Below, piece by piece: positions 1 to 8,942 of a DNA stretch of 32,000 nt (positions within the stretch are counted from its first letter, which is position 1; each line of letters starts with the position of its first letter). The notes beneath the pieces are model-generated. The model was not told where the DNA came from. It saw only the letters and a list, made by a program, of their open reading frames with translations, and searched no databases. The stretch is taken from the NCBI GenBank assembly GCA_964480775.1, contig CAYZRF010000014.1:1-32000 (forward strand). The letters are read 5' to 3'. Both the position numbers and the translations under genes were made by a program. The DNA comes from an uncultured Nitrososphaerota archaeon (lineage in GTDB: Archaea; Korarchaeota; Korarchaeia; Korarchaeales; Korarchaeaceae).

Positions 1-213
1 GGAGTCGTGTGCGGGCGGGCTGAACTGATAGGTGGGGAGGAATGTGAGGAGAAGAGGAGATAGGAAAGGACTTTCGCTTTTTTAATGAATCTTAATTTCA
101 ACTATTTGAAGTGATAACGTGATCTAAACTTTGATGAGAAGGGATCTCAAGCTAATTCTCCTTTATGACATGGAAAGCTAATAAGATAAAAGGAGAGAGG
201 ATTAAACTCGTAA

Positions 214-2064
214 TTAAAAGAGCTTTTCTATCCTATTCATAGCTTCCTTTATGTTTTCTAGCGAGTTAGCAAAAGATATCCTTATATTATTGTCATAACC
301 TCCAAAAGCCCTTCCTGGAGTTATTAAAACACCAGCTTTGTAGAGCATAGCTTCTGCCACTTGAGAGGAACTCATCCCCGTTCTTGATATATCTGGGAAA
401 ACATAGAATGCTCCTTTAGGCTTTACAAGGTCAAACGATGGGATTTTAGATAACCTTTCAACGATAAAATCTCTCCTCCTTCTAAATTCCTCTACCATCT
501 CTCTGACAAATTCACTGGTTGACTTTAGTGCAGTAATTGCAGCTTTTTGGATGAAAGCGGGGGCGCAAGAGACTGAATGTTGTTGTATCTTGTTCATAGC
601 AGAAATTATCTCCTTGGGACCTGCAGCATATCCTAGACGCCAACCTGTCATAGCGTAAGCCTTTGAAAATCCGTTAACAACTATTGTTAGGTCCTTCATT
701 CCGTCCATTGATGCTATACTTATGTGCCTACCCTCATAGATCAGCTTCTCATAAATCTCATCGGATATCACGTATACTTTCTTCTCACTTAGAATTTCTG
801 CCAGTTCTCTCAAGGATTTCTCATCATATACGGCTCCAGTAGGATTGTTTGGAGTGTTCAGGATCAAAACCTTAGTTCTTGACCCTATGGAATTTGCTAT
901 ACTCTCAATATCTAGCGAAAAGTCCTCTTTTGTTGGAACTGCTTTTAGCTTTCCTCCTGCTGCTTTAACTATCTCTTTATAGCTCACCCAATAAGGTGCT
1001 GGTATGATAACTTCGTCTCCGTCTTCTACCAAGGACATGACTGCTTCAAAGACCGCAAATTTAGATCCTGGCGTCACGATTATGTTTTCAGGGCTATAAT
1101 CTAACCCATTATCTTCTTTGAATTTCTCTGAAATTGCTTCTCTAAGCTCTAAAATCCCCTTACTAGAAGTATAATGAGTAAAACCTGATTTCATTGCATT
1201 AAATGCTGCCTCGATCACGTTCTTAGGAGTGTCGAAATCGGGTTCTCCAACGCTTAAATAAATCACTTTGATCCCTTTCTTTTCCACCTCTTTTGCCTTT
1301 TCTAGGGTTTTCATTGTAGCTGACTCCTTTATTCTCCTCACCATAGAGGATAGAACGCTTTTATCTGCATTACTCATTTCAAATGCCAATCTAACAGCCT
1401 CCTCCGCTAACATTTGAAGAGGATCTACCACAGGAACCGAAATATCTCCTTCTTTAAGCACCAAGGATATCTCGGTGCATCCACAAATGATTGCTTCGAC
1501 CCCCTTCCTGATTAGCTCGTTTGCCACCATAAGTACCTTTTTCCTGCCAGTGTTAAGGTCTCCAGCTTTTATATGATCGTATATGGCGCTCATTACTTCT
1601 TTTTGAAGGCTTTCTGAGGGAACAAGGACATTAATCCCTTCCTTCCCCAACGCATTCTGATACAGTCCTGTTTTAACCGTTCCATCCGTTGCAATAAGTC
1701 CAACTTTTTTGAAGTTCATGTTTTTCAGCCTTGAGGCCGTTACTTCTATCATGCTAACAACCGGAATTCCGATTTCTCTCCTCAACTCATCGATATAGTA
1801 GTGTGCTGTGTTACACGGAATAATCAAGAAGCTCGCTCCTGCCATTTCAAGATTCTTAGCTGTCTCTATCATCATTGGGAGAGGACTAGGTCCCCCGTGA
1901 AGAATTGCTGCCGTTCTGTCAGGTATCTTGGCATTACTATCAATTATGACCCTTAGGTGATCTTGATCCTTTTTCGCAGGGGTCGCTCTTATTATTCTAT
2001 AAAATAAATCAGCAGTAGCCTCAGGTCCCATTCCTCCTAGAATTCCTATGACTCCTTCCTTCAT
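214..2064 (-). CDS. Fusion ORF: aspartate/glutamate racemase domain (N-terminal) plus class-I aspartate-type aminotransferase domain (C-terminal)
   Basis: The frame is continuous with no stop. The first ~230 aa carry racemase hallmarks (GILGGMGPEAT and the two catalytic-Cys motifs IIPCNTAH and ICGCTE). The last ~385 aa are a complete aminotransferase (NTPNNPTGAVY, PLP-lysine region NGFSKAYAMTGWRLGY). I prefer the ATG at 2064 over the GTG at 2076. An in-frame ATG at 1377 lies exactly at the domain junction. Confidence 0.8.
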   Translation of the reverse strand: MKEGVIGILGGMGPEATADLFYRIIRATPAKKDQDHLRVIIDSNAKIPDRTAAILHGGPSPLPMMIETAKNLEMAGASFLIIPCNTAHYYIDELRREIGIPVVSMIEVTASRLKNMNFKKVGLIATDGTVKTGLYQNALGKEGINVLVPSESLQKEVMSAIYDHIKAGDLNTGRKKVLMVANELIRKGVEAIICGCTEISLVLKEGDISVPVVDPLQMLAEEAVRLAFEMSNADKSVLSSMVRRIKESATMKTLEKAKEVEKKGIKVIYLSVGEPDFDTPKNVIEAAFNAMKSGFTHYTSSKGILELREAISEKFKEDNGLDYSPENIIVTPGSKFAVFEAVMSLVEDGDEVIIPAPYWVSYKEIVKAAGGKLKAVPTKEDFSLDIESIANSIGSRTKVLILNTPNNPTGAVYDEKSLRELAEILSEKKVYVISDEIYEKLIYEGRHISIASMDGMKDLTIVVNGFSKAYAMTGWRLGYAAGPKEIISAMNKIQQHSVSCAPAFIQKAAITALKSTSEFVREMVEEFRRRRDFIVERLSKIPSFDLVKPKGAFYVFPDISRTGMSSSQVAEAMLYKAGVLITPGRAFGGYDNNIRISFANSLENIKEAMNRIEKLF

Positions 2065-2146
2065 GTGATAGATCACTGCTCGAAAAGCAAAGATAGAGTA
2101 AAAAGGTTACTGTTCAAGAAGAAGTTTATAGTAACAGTTTTTCCTT

Positions 2147-2761
2147 TCATTTTGATCCCTCCGCCATTTCAATTGCTTTAATAAGGGCTCTCTTGGTGAG
2201 GACAACTAACATCTCCTCTCTGTACCACTTAGATCCTCTTACATCGGATATTGGTGATATGTCCTTCAAGACAGCCTTGCTGGCCTCTTTGATCCTAGTT
2301 TCATCGAATTCCTTACCCTTAAGTAGATTCTCAGCATGTCTCGCCCTTACAGGAGTTGGCGCAACTGCTCCAAGCGAAATCTTCACATCTTCATTTCTTT
2401 TGCCTTCTAGAAGTACAAGCGCGGCAGAGGACACGATTGCAAGGGCATCTTCCCTCGGACTCAGTTTTTGGAAGGATGCTCCAGCATCTCTCTCCATCTT
2501 CATCAGAACGATCTCGGTGAGGATTTCATTTGGGCTCATTACAGTACTCCCAGGTCCTGTGAAGAAGTTTTCTATTGACACTGATCTTTTTCCCTCCTTT
2601 CCTACGACTTCAAGTCCGGCTCCAAGAACCTTGAGAGGAGTCGCCGTATCTGCGGCTGGCGATGCATTGCAAAGGTTTCCACCAATCGTTCCAGAGTTCT
2701 TGATGTGCCAACATGACATTTTTTCCACAGCCTGAAGAGCTTCTATTGGGCCATGGTTCAA
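2147..2761 (-). pseudogene. 5'-truncated FAD-binding medium subunit of a molybdopterin (CoxM/XdhB-type) dehydrogenase
   Basis: Only the C-terminal two-thirds of the family is present (IKNSGTIGGNLCNASPAADT and the C-terminal SDVRGSKWYR region). The only start is TTG, an in-frame stop lies just upstream, and 2762-2971 holds only broken frames. No large (Mo) or small (Fe-S) subunit genes are adjacent. Confidence 0.6.
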
Positions 2762-2971
2762 GGAAACTTAAGGGGTAAAGTGTTGATGATGCCTGGCTGC
2801 CCTCCGTTTGCAGTTCAGCAACAGGCAAAATGCCATAATAGAGAGATCTGGGGTAAAAATTAAAGGAAGAAGAGGCGTTTAAGTACGTTCCAACGTGATT
2901 AAGTCGAAAGTAGCAGGAAAATCTCCATGATTTATTGCTGGTCTCGAATCGGCGCATGAAAATAGGTTTTC

Positions 2972-3727
2972 CTATCCCACTTTCATCTTATCGATGAGAA
3001 ATCCAATCGCCCAGCCAATAGCTATAGCTAAGACAGCTAATAGTAAAGCATAAAGGGTTGGTTTGGCCACTTCTGGCGATGCCAGAGCGTGAAAGACGTA
3101 CATCTCGAGTAAATAGAGTGCTGCCACAAACCTCAGCTCTCTAATCTCTCTAAGATCCTTTTTTCCTGCCAAGAATCTGTATAAAAGAATAGATAGAAGC
3201 GAAACCATGAACCAACCCATGTAATTGGTCCAAGGTATGCCGTACCAGTTAATTTTGGTCTTAGTCACCCAAACCCAAGCTTTCCAACTTGTCATTATTG
3301 GATCCATCGCCAAGTCGAGCACTACCATCAAGGTAGAAGCCATTATGACTGCCTTAAATCCGCTAACCAAGGATCTTGCAGTCAAATAAGAGAGAAAAAG
3401 ATAAGTCCCCCAAGCTATTGGCACGAACAAGGCAACTCCAAGAACTTGAGGTCTAAGCTCTTGATAATAGTAGAGACCGAAGGGTAATCCTGTTCTCGTT
3501 CCAAAAAATTCGAATAGAAAGCCCATTACAATCCCGGACAGCAATAGAATCCATGCTCCCCTCCAGAAAGTTATTGAAGCTATAACTACGGCTGAGATGT
3601 ACAACGTAAAGTAAATCATAAGAATGCCAAACTCATGCCCTGCATAGGCCCTAGAAAGGGATTTTATGAAAATGGCAACCAAAATGAGAGTAATCGGTAT
3701 TAATTCTTTGGTAAAGAGTTTTTCCAT
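2972..3727 (-). CDS. Polytopic membrane protein, possibly DUF422 / CruF-like carotenoid-biosynthesis family
   Basis: The 251-aa ORF has an ATG start and about 7 hydrophobic segments. The motifs LDLAMDP and WYGIPWTNYMGW resemble what I remember of the DUF422 family, but the family call is tentative. Confidence 0.55.
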   Translation of the reverse strand: MEKLFTKELIPITLILVAIFIKSLSRAYAGHEFGILMIYFTLYISAVVIASITFWRGAWILLLSGIVMGFLFEFFGTRTGLPFGLYYYQELRPQVLGVALFVPIAWGTYLFLSYLTARSLVSGFKAVIMASTLMVVLDLAMDPIMTSWKAWVWVTKTKINWYGIPWTNYMGWFMVSLLSILLYRFLAGKKDLREIRELRFVAALYLLEMYVFHALASPEVAKPTLYALLLAVLAIAIGWAIGFLIDKMKVG

Positions 3728-3802
3728 GACCTTCCCTCCGAAGCTCCTTGTTCTCTTCTAAAAATAGAGTTCCGCTTGGTTTTTCCATCAATGACTCATC
3801 CT

Positions 3803-4261
3803 TCAATGTTTGCGCTCAAAGTTTGGTTTTTTAATCCCCTTTTTCGCCAAGAAGTTAGCGGCACAATGTTCGCAGCAAAACCTAAGTTTCTTACCCTCGA
3901 TTGTGATTTCAACCCCTCCTTCGTAGATCTTCACTCCACAGTTTGCGCACACATCCAGCTTAGACTCTACTATTGCTTCAACGATGGATGCCGTCCTGTC
4001 AACTGTGTCCTCAACTAGCTTAACTCCTTTTTCAGTTAGCTTGTAAACCTTCCTTCTCTTACACTCCTCTTTAACCTGCAAATATCCCTCTTCTACAAGC
4101 CTTTTTAGAAAAGGATATATCTCTCCTGCGCTCGGTCTGTGACCCGTTAGCCTTTCAATCTCATCCATTATCTGATAACCGTGGGTTGGACCCTTATGTA
4201 GCACCAAGAGTATTAGGGTCCTTACCAGCCCTCTGGGCTTAAAGGCGGATTCTGAGCTCAT
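3803..4261 (-). CDS. PadR-family winged-helix regulator fused to a C-terminal TRASH-type Cys4 metal-binding domain
   Basis: The N-terminal part matches PadR (LILLVLHKGPTHGYQIMDEIERLTG...IYPFLKRLVEEGYL...RKVYKLTEKG). The C-terminal part is CANC-x19-CCEHC, which fits the TRASH pattern C-x2-C-x19-22-C-x3-C. The start is ATG at 4261, or alternatively GTG at 4273. Confidence 0.8.
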   Translation of the reverse strand: MSSESAFKPRGLVRTLILLVLHKGPTHGYQIMDEIERLTGHRPSAGEIYPFLKRLVEEGYLQVKEECKRRKVYKLTEKGVKLVEDTVDRTASIVEAIVESKLDVCANCGVKIYEGGVEITIEGKKLRFCCEHCAANFLAKKGIKKPNFERKH

Positions 4262-4287
4262 CTTATGTAACACTTCGCTGCTTCGTT

Positions 4288-4437
4288 TTAAGACATATCA
4301 TCTTGCGTATGCCTACCTTTTCCACTTGTGAGCAATAGAAGTATGAGAAGACCTAGGAAACCAATGGCAAGAAGCCAAAGCAAAGGCCAGACCATAGTGC
4401 TTCCCCACCACCCCATACTCCAACCACATTGCCACAT
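4288..4437 (-). CDS. 49-aa small single-pass membrane protein (below the ORF-track length cut-off)
   Basis: I translated it by hand as MWQCGWSMGWWGSTMVWPLLWLLAIGFLGLLILLLLTSGKGRHTQDDMS. Its ATG overlaps the stop of the upstream PepSY-like gene as TAATG (4439-4435). It ends 12-24 nt before the PadR start. It has one clear TM helix with a W/G-rich N-terminus. Confidence 0.5.
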   Translation of the reverse strand: MWQCGWSMGWWGSTMVWPLLWLLAIGFLGLLILLLLTSGKGRHTQDDMS

Positions 4438-5126
4438 TAGAATCCCCTTCTCTCATCCATCTCAATCTCTGAAAGGAAGGTACCGTGCCATGAGTGATAC
4501 CAGATGTTCCCGGTAAATGCGTTCACACTTAACATGCCGTACATTTCCTCATCAAGCTTGAAATCCATTGTGTAGTACCCATAGAAGGAGATGGGTTCCT
4601 CTATCTCTATACCCCTGCCTGGAAACTTGTACTTCAGGTAGTTCTCAGCTATTCCAACGGCCTGAACCTCTTGTATCGAGGGATTATATCTTCCTTCCAT
4701 CAAAGTTGGGTGCATTCCGTATTTCAGGTTCCACATCATGTTTGGACCTGGCTCACGAGATATTCTCCCATTCGACTTCCAGAGAAGGATTTCAAAGGCT
4801 CCCATACCCGTGTCGCTTTCTACAACCACTGCATAGAAGTTATTCTGAAACTCCATGACCTCTTTTAGCTTGAAATTCTCACCAAGTGCTTTAACGTAAT
4901 CTTCAAGAGCCTTTATCCCATTTTCGGTTGAGATATATGATGTGCTAAAGTGATCACCTTGTGCGTTAGGTCCAATCAATGGTGTTTCATCGCAACAACT
5001 CCCTTTTCCTCGAATACTACCATATCCTCGTCCGTTCCCAAAGTTTACTTTAGTTGTATATACAAACATCCCAACTACGATGATTCCTAGTAGGAATTGT
5101 AGTTGGATTACAAGATTTCTACTCAT
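4437..5126 (-). CDS. Secreted or membrane-anchored protein with two PepSY-like repeats
   Basis: It has an N-terminal TM/signal anchor (LVIQLQFLLGIIVVGMFVY). Two repeats end in PepSY-like patterns (FYAVVVESDTGMGAFEILLW and YGMLSVNAFTGNIWY). The start is ATG at 5126, with a GTG at 5129 as the alternative. Confidence 0.6.
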   Translation of the reverse strand: MSRNLVIQLQFLLGIIVVGMFVYTTKVNFGNGRGYGSIRGKGSCCDETPLIGPNAQGDHFSTSYISTENGIKALEDYVKALGENFKLKEVMEFQNNFYAVVVESDTGMGAFEILLWKSNGRISREPGPNMMWNLKYGMHPTLMEGRYNPSIQEVQAVGIAENYLKYKFPGRGIEIEEPISFYGYYTMDFKLDEEMYGMLSVNAFTGNIWYHSWHGTFLSEIEMDERRGF

Positions 5127-5148
5127 CACAAAACACTCATGTATCTAT

Positions 5149-5169
5149 TATCGATATATCATATTTAAA
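5149..5169 (-). promoter_or_regulatory. Putative promoter of the PepSY/small-TM/PadR operon: a TATA-like box followed by an 8-bp palindrome
   Basis: On the minus strand, TTTAAATA (5169-5162) lies about 36 nt upstream of the ATG at 5126. The perfect palindrome TATCGATA (5149-5156) sits between the box and the start, where an autoregulatory operator could lie. Confidence 0.3.
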
Positions 5170-5267
5170 CATATTTGAAAGTTGCTATAGCTCTGTAATT
5201 AACTGATGTGTGAGCGCCAAAGGGAAGATATCTTCTTTTCTGGTATATTTGTTGATTTCTTGTTCTA

Positions 5268-6425
5268 TTAGCATTCTAATTTTTCATTGCCTTCGATAGC
5301 TCTGATGCATCGCTTGGATAAGATGTAAGCTATTATCGAGAACGTCAGAAAGGCCGAGGCAGAAATAAGGAACACAGGAAAGAAGCCAATTCTTGCGATG
5401 ACGAAACCGGCATAAGCTTGGGCTATCGTATTACCCGAATGAAGTCCTAACATGAGAAGGGCCACATCTGCTCCATATGAGCCCTCTTCTGGGAAGATGC
5501 TGAGCAAGGTCTCGTTAGTACCGTGGAATATCGATGCCGCTAACCCAGCAAATACTGGAAGTATAAAAGGAGGTAAAGGTGAGAAGGCAAGAACTAAGAG
5601 AGAAGAAAAGTAGATTACCCCAGCTAAGGAAAGAAATCTTGCAGAACTGAACTTTGTGGTAACGAAGTAAGCGAGCATTCCGGAGGTCATGGATTGAATG
5701 CTTAATGCTATCCCCACTTGGCTAGCTGTAAGTCCCTTCGAGGAATAGTAAAGAGGCATTACATACGAAAGAAGAGTACCAACCGCAAATCCTGCAAGCA
5801 TATAACTTGCTATAAGTTTTTGGAATCTTTTGCTCTTCTTCAGTGGATTTAAACCAGAGAAAATCGCTTTAAAGGAGACCTTTTTTCTTTGAACTTTATC
5901 GCGCATGGTCAGCGTAGTTATCAGGGCGGTAAGTGACAGCGGAAGGAAGAAAAGTAGGGTCGTATCTAAGAAAAAATGAGCTGAAATTATGCCTGCGGCA
6001 AGGCTCCCTATCGATGAAAATATCATGGTCATGCCTATCATACCAACAAGCGAGCCTCTTGCTTCTTCAGTATGTTCTAGTACAAAAGGCCTGTTTACAG
6101 CCCAAAGAGCGGAACCCCTCATAGAATCTAGTAAAGTACCGGCTGCAAACTGAATCTTTGACTTTGCAGTATAGTAGACGCCAAGAGTTATGGCCGATAA
6201 AGCCCCTGACAGGCCTAGAAAAGGAACCCTTCCTACTATATCGGAAACGGAGGCTATCAGAATCCTAGTGGATTGAAAGATAGCAGGGTTGAGAGATGCT
6301 ATTAGACCTATTTGCTCTGGCCTTATGCCCCTCGCTTTCATAAGGAGTGGTACAGTAGCTCCAAGAGCCCCCCCAAGCATCGAATTTGAAGTCTGAACTA
6401 TCAAGAGTTTTTTGACCGGTTTCAT
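5268..6425 (-). CDS. MFS-type transporter
   Basis: The 385-aa protein has an ATG start and about 10-12 hydrophobic helices in two halves separated by a basic loop (RDKVQRKKVSFK). The loop SDIVGRVPFLG resembles MFS motif A. Confidence 0.65.
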   Translation of the reverse strand: MKPVKKLLIVQTSNSMLGGALGATVPLLMKARGIRPEQIGLIASLNPAIFQSTRILIASVSDIVGRVPFLGLSGALSAITLGVYYTAKSKIQFAAGTLLDSMRGSALWAVNRPFVLEHTEEARGSLVGMIGMTMIFSSIGSLAAGIISAHFFLDTTLLFFLPLSLTALITTLTMRDKVQRKKVSFKAIFSGLNPLKKSKRFQKLIASYMLAGFAVGTLLSYVMPLYYSSKGLTASQVGIALSIQSMTSGMLAYFVTTKFSSARFLSLAGVIYFSSLLVLAFSPLPPFILPVFAGLAASIFHGTNETLLSIFPEEGSYGADVALLMLGLHSGNTIAQAYAGFVIARIGFFPVFLISASAFLTFSIIAYILSKRCIRAIEGNEKLEC

Positions 6426-6524
6426 CGGAAGAGTTTAAGGTCCCTTCTATAAATCCTTTCCTTCGTTGGTCAGCCCTATACAGCTCGTCTTATATCTAAT
6501 AAGCTCCTTGACCTAAGGGTCAAT

Positions 6525-7265
6525 ATGTCCTATGAGTGGAAAAAGAATGGCTTGTCTGTGAAAGTCATGTTTTCTCTTCCAGGGGTTGCAACTCAGATAT
6601 TGGTTTCAGCTATCAATGAGAAAACTGACCTTCTATTGGATTGTGGTAGTGGAACTCTTAGAGATTTATTACTAGACCAATATCTTAGTGAGAAAGGATT
6701 TAGTAACATAAGGGCTGTGCTGATTTCTCACGAACACTTTGATCATGTAGGTGGGCTCTATCCATTGTTAGATTTCATGCATATGATAGGTAGAAAGAGA
6801 CCGCTAGAAATCCTAGTTCCAAGACCTTCAATTGTTGCTAGGAGAATGGTTGATGCTTTAAAAGCCTTCAGAAAATCATCTTTGACGTACGAAATTGAGC
6901 TTTTAGAGGTCTCCGGTGGAGATAAGTTTGGCTACGGACCGATTATAGTAAAAGCCTTCGAAGTAGTTCATAGAGGTAGCACCGTAACGGAACCTATAGG
7001 GCCTTATCTACCTGCTGTTGGTTATTCCATTATGTACAATGGTATGAAGATCGTTTATAGCGGTGATACGGGAGTATGTGATTCTCTCGCTCGAGAAGTG
7101 AGTGGATCGGATCTAGCAATTCTAGAGGCAACCTGGGAGGATAGAAAGGGTTATGAGGAAGTTCATATGACCGAAGAGGAAGCCATTAAGCTTGGAAAAA
7201 CCGCCAAGGAACTCCTTCTAATTCACAAACTGAGGGATCTTTGGAAATCCTTGAAGCGAAAGTAA
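6525..7265 (+). CDS. MBL-fold metallo-hydrolase (RNase Z-like subgroup)
   Basis: It has the HxHxDH motif ISHEHFDHVGG plus downstream YSGDTG and H residues. A TTATATCT box lies about 30 nt upstream of the ATG. Confidence 0.8.
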   Translation: MSYEWKKNGLSVKVMFSLPGVATQILVSAINEKTDLLLDCGSGTLRDLLLDQYLSEKGFSNIRAVLISHEHFDHVGGLYPLLDFMHMIGRKRPLEILVPRPSIVARRMVDALKAFRKSSLTYEIELLEVSGGDKFGYGPIIVKAFEVVHRGSTVTEPIGPYLPAVGYSIMYNGMKIVYSGDTGVCDSLAREVSGSDLAILEATWEDRKGYEEVHMTEEEAIKLGKTAKELLLIHKLRDLWKSLKRK

Positions 7266-7314
7266 AATCTAAGCAAGTTGGTTTAAGCTAAAAGCGAACT
7301 AATGTTTCTTGCTT

Positions 7315-8754
7315 CTATTTCTTTGCTTTCTCCCATAAGTCTAGAGGAGGCTTTAGGTCTGGCGGTAAGGGAGATTTATACTTTCTGCCCATTAGCCTCT
7401 TCTCAAACTCGTCCCAAGCCTTCTTTAGTAATTCTTCATTCGTCATGAGGTCTATTGCCGTAGCAGCCATGACTTTTGCAGCGAATATAAGTGATTTGTG
7501 GCCTAAGCCTGTTCCGCTTTGAGCTACGATCTGCCAAGAATGGCCAGGTGTGCCAAGCACATAGGTGGCTGTGGAGAACTCCTTCGTGGGAGCCTGCCAG
7601 CTTACATCTGCAACATCAGTTGATCCTGGACTAACTTCTCCATCGCCCCAAGGATCAGGAACACTTCTATCAATCATAACGTCAACTAGCTTCTCCCAAT
7701 CAGGCCTTTTGCTCTTCCTTAGGGCTTCTCTCTTTTGCTCTGGCGTTATGGATTTAGCTATTTCCTTCGCAAACTCAAGATCTTCATCTGAATATTCCGG
7801 AGTCCCTATTTCTCTCATATTTTTCACTATTAGCTCGCTTAGAACCCTGTTCGGTATGACATTTGAGATGCCTTTTATGAACTCAACCTCTAGCCGAGTC
7901 CCTGTCATTAAGGCAGCTCCCTTCGCTATATCAAGGATCCGCTGATATATCTCATCGACCTGTTCTCTTTCCGGAGCTCTTACAAGGTACCAAGAGCGTG
8001 CATAGGCTGGAACAACGTTTGGCTGCCCGCCCCCTTCCTCTATTATATAATGGATCCTTGCTTCTTGAATCACGTGCTCCCTCAGGTAGTTTACACCTAT
8101 GTTCATGAGTTCAACGGCATCTAAAGCGCTTCTCCCTCTTTCTGGAGATCCTGCAGCATGAGAAGAGATTCCATGGAAGTGAAACTTCACCGAGTTGTTT
8201 GCAAGACTACTCTTGAGCGTTGCCGCATTCATAGAGCCAGGATGATGACTTATTACCGCATCAACCCCCTTGAACACCCCGTCCCGAACCATAAACACCT
8301 TTCCACTGGCGTTCTCCTCTGCGGGAGTTCCAAAGAACTTTATCGTACCTTTGAGTCCTGCTTCCTCCATCGCAATTCTAACGGCTATCGCTGCAGCCAT
8401 TCCGGAGGTTCCGTGTATGTTGTGTCCGCAACCATGACCAGGAGCCCCCTCCTCTATCGGCTCTTTCCAAGGAACTGCTTTTTGAGAAAGCCCAGGAAGT
8501 GCATCGTACTCACCCATTATCCCTATCACTGGCCTCCCAGAACCGTATGTTGCGACGAAAGCTGTGGGCATGCCAGCAACTCCTCTCTCAACTCTGAAGC
8601 CAGCCTTTTCCAGGGTATCAGCCAACAGTTTGGATGATTTATACTCAATCAGCCCTAGTTCTGCGTACTCCCATATCTTATCACTTATCTCAATTATACG
8701 AGACTCGTTCTGGGTTATCCAACTAAAAGCAACCTCTCTAGCTTTCTCTGACAT
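7315..8754 (-). CDS. M20-family amidohydrolase (AbgB / aminobenzoyl-glutamate-hydrolase-like), paralogue A
   Basis: It has the metal-binding GHGCGHN motif and M20 architecture. I place the start at the ATG at 8754 (MSEKAREV...) by alignment with paralogue B. The 51-codon upstream extension in the ORF track is an open-frame artefact. Confidence 0.85.
   Translation of the reverse strand: MSEKAREVAFSWITQNESRIIEISDKIWEYAELGLIEYKSSKLLADTLEKAGFRVERGVAGMPTAFVATYGSGRPVIGIMGEYDALPGLSQKAVPWKEPIEEGAPGHGCGHNIHGTSGMAAAIAVRIAMEEAGLKGTIKFFGTPAEENASGKVFMVRDGVFKGVDAVISHHPGSMNAATLKSSLANNSVKFHFHGISSHAAGSPERGRSALDAVELMNIGVNYLREHVIQEARIHYIIEEGGGQPNVVPAYARSWYLVRAPEREQVDEIYQRILDIAKGAALMTGTRLEVEFIKGISNVIPNRVLSELIVKNMREIGTPEYSDEDLEFAKEIAKSITPEQKREALRKSKRPDWEKLVDVMIDRSVPDPWGDGEVSPGSTDVADVSWQAPTKEFSTATYVLGTPGHSWQIVAQSGTGLGHKSLIFAAKVMAATAIDLMTNEELLKKAWDEFEKRLMGRKYKSPLPPDLKPPLDLWEKAKK
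8072..8711. repeat. 640-nt tract identical to 12554-13193 (copy 1)
   Basis: I compared the two copies base by base by eye at an offset of 4482 nt and found no mismatch. The track corroborates this with identical antisense ORFs at 8158-8637 and 12640-13119. Confidence 0.95.
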
Positions 8755-8942
8755 TCCAAGTTTGCCCACTGAAGTTTTCCCTATAAACATTATGAACCTA
8801 TGATCGCATAACGTCTCTTTTGTTGAATTTCCCCTCAAAACTTTAAGAGCTCGCAGAATTTTTCCTAAATTAGGCATCAAACACCAGATGTAGGTTACAT
8901 GCTTGTGCAAAATTTATATTAGTGATCTTTTAAGTCCAAGCA

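Noticed and set aside
1-63. An open frame reading GVVCGRAELIGGEECEEKRR-stop at the window edge, followed by a T-rich run (about 76-86).
   Set aside because: It may be the 3' end of a plus-strand gene with an oligo-T terminator, but 20 codons without a recognisable motif are not enough to call.
2193-2735. A 180-aa plus-strand ORF inside the CoxM-like region.
   Set aside because: It is antisense to a frame with clear family motifs. Its own translation is S/L/T-rich and low in complexity, as is typical of an antisense shadow ORF.
2610-2957. A 115-aa minus-strand ORF upstream of and overlapping the CoxM-like fragment.
   Set aside because: It is out of frame with the recognisable part and has no family motifs. 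It most likely reflects frameshifted debris of the lost N-terminus and is not a gene.
8158-8637. Identical 159-aa plus-strand ORFs at 8158-8637 and 12640-13119, with similar pairs at 8564-8803/13046-13279 and 7565-7945/12053-12349.
   Set aside because: All are antisense to the M20 genes. Their identity is a by-product of the 640-nt identical tract, and they are not a duplicated gene.
8755-8910. The 51-codon N-terminal extension of M20 paralogue A (the 531-aa version in the ORF track).
   Set aside because: Paralogue B and the family start at MSEKA.... The extension has no counterpart and simply lacks an in-frame stop.
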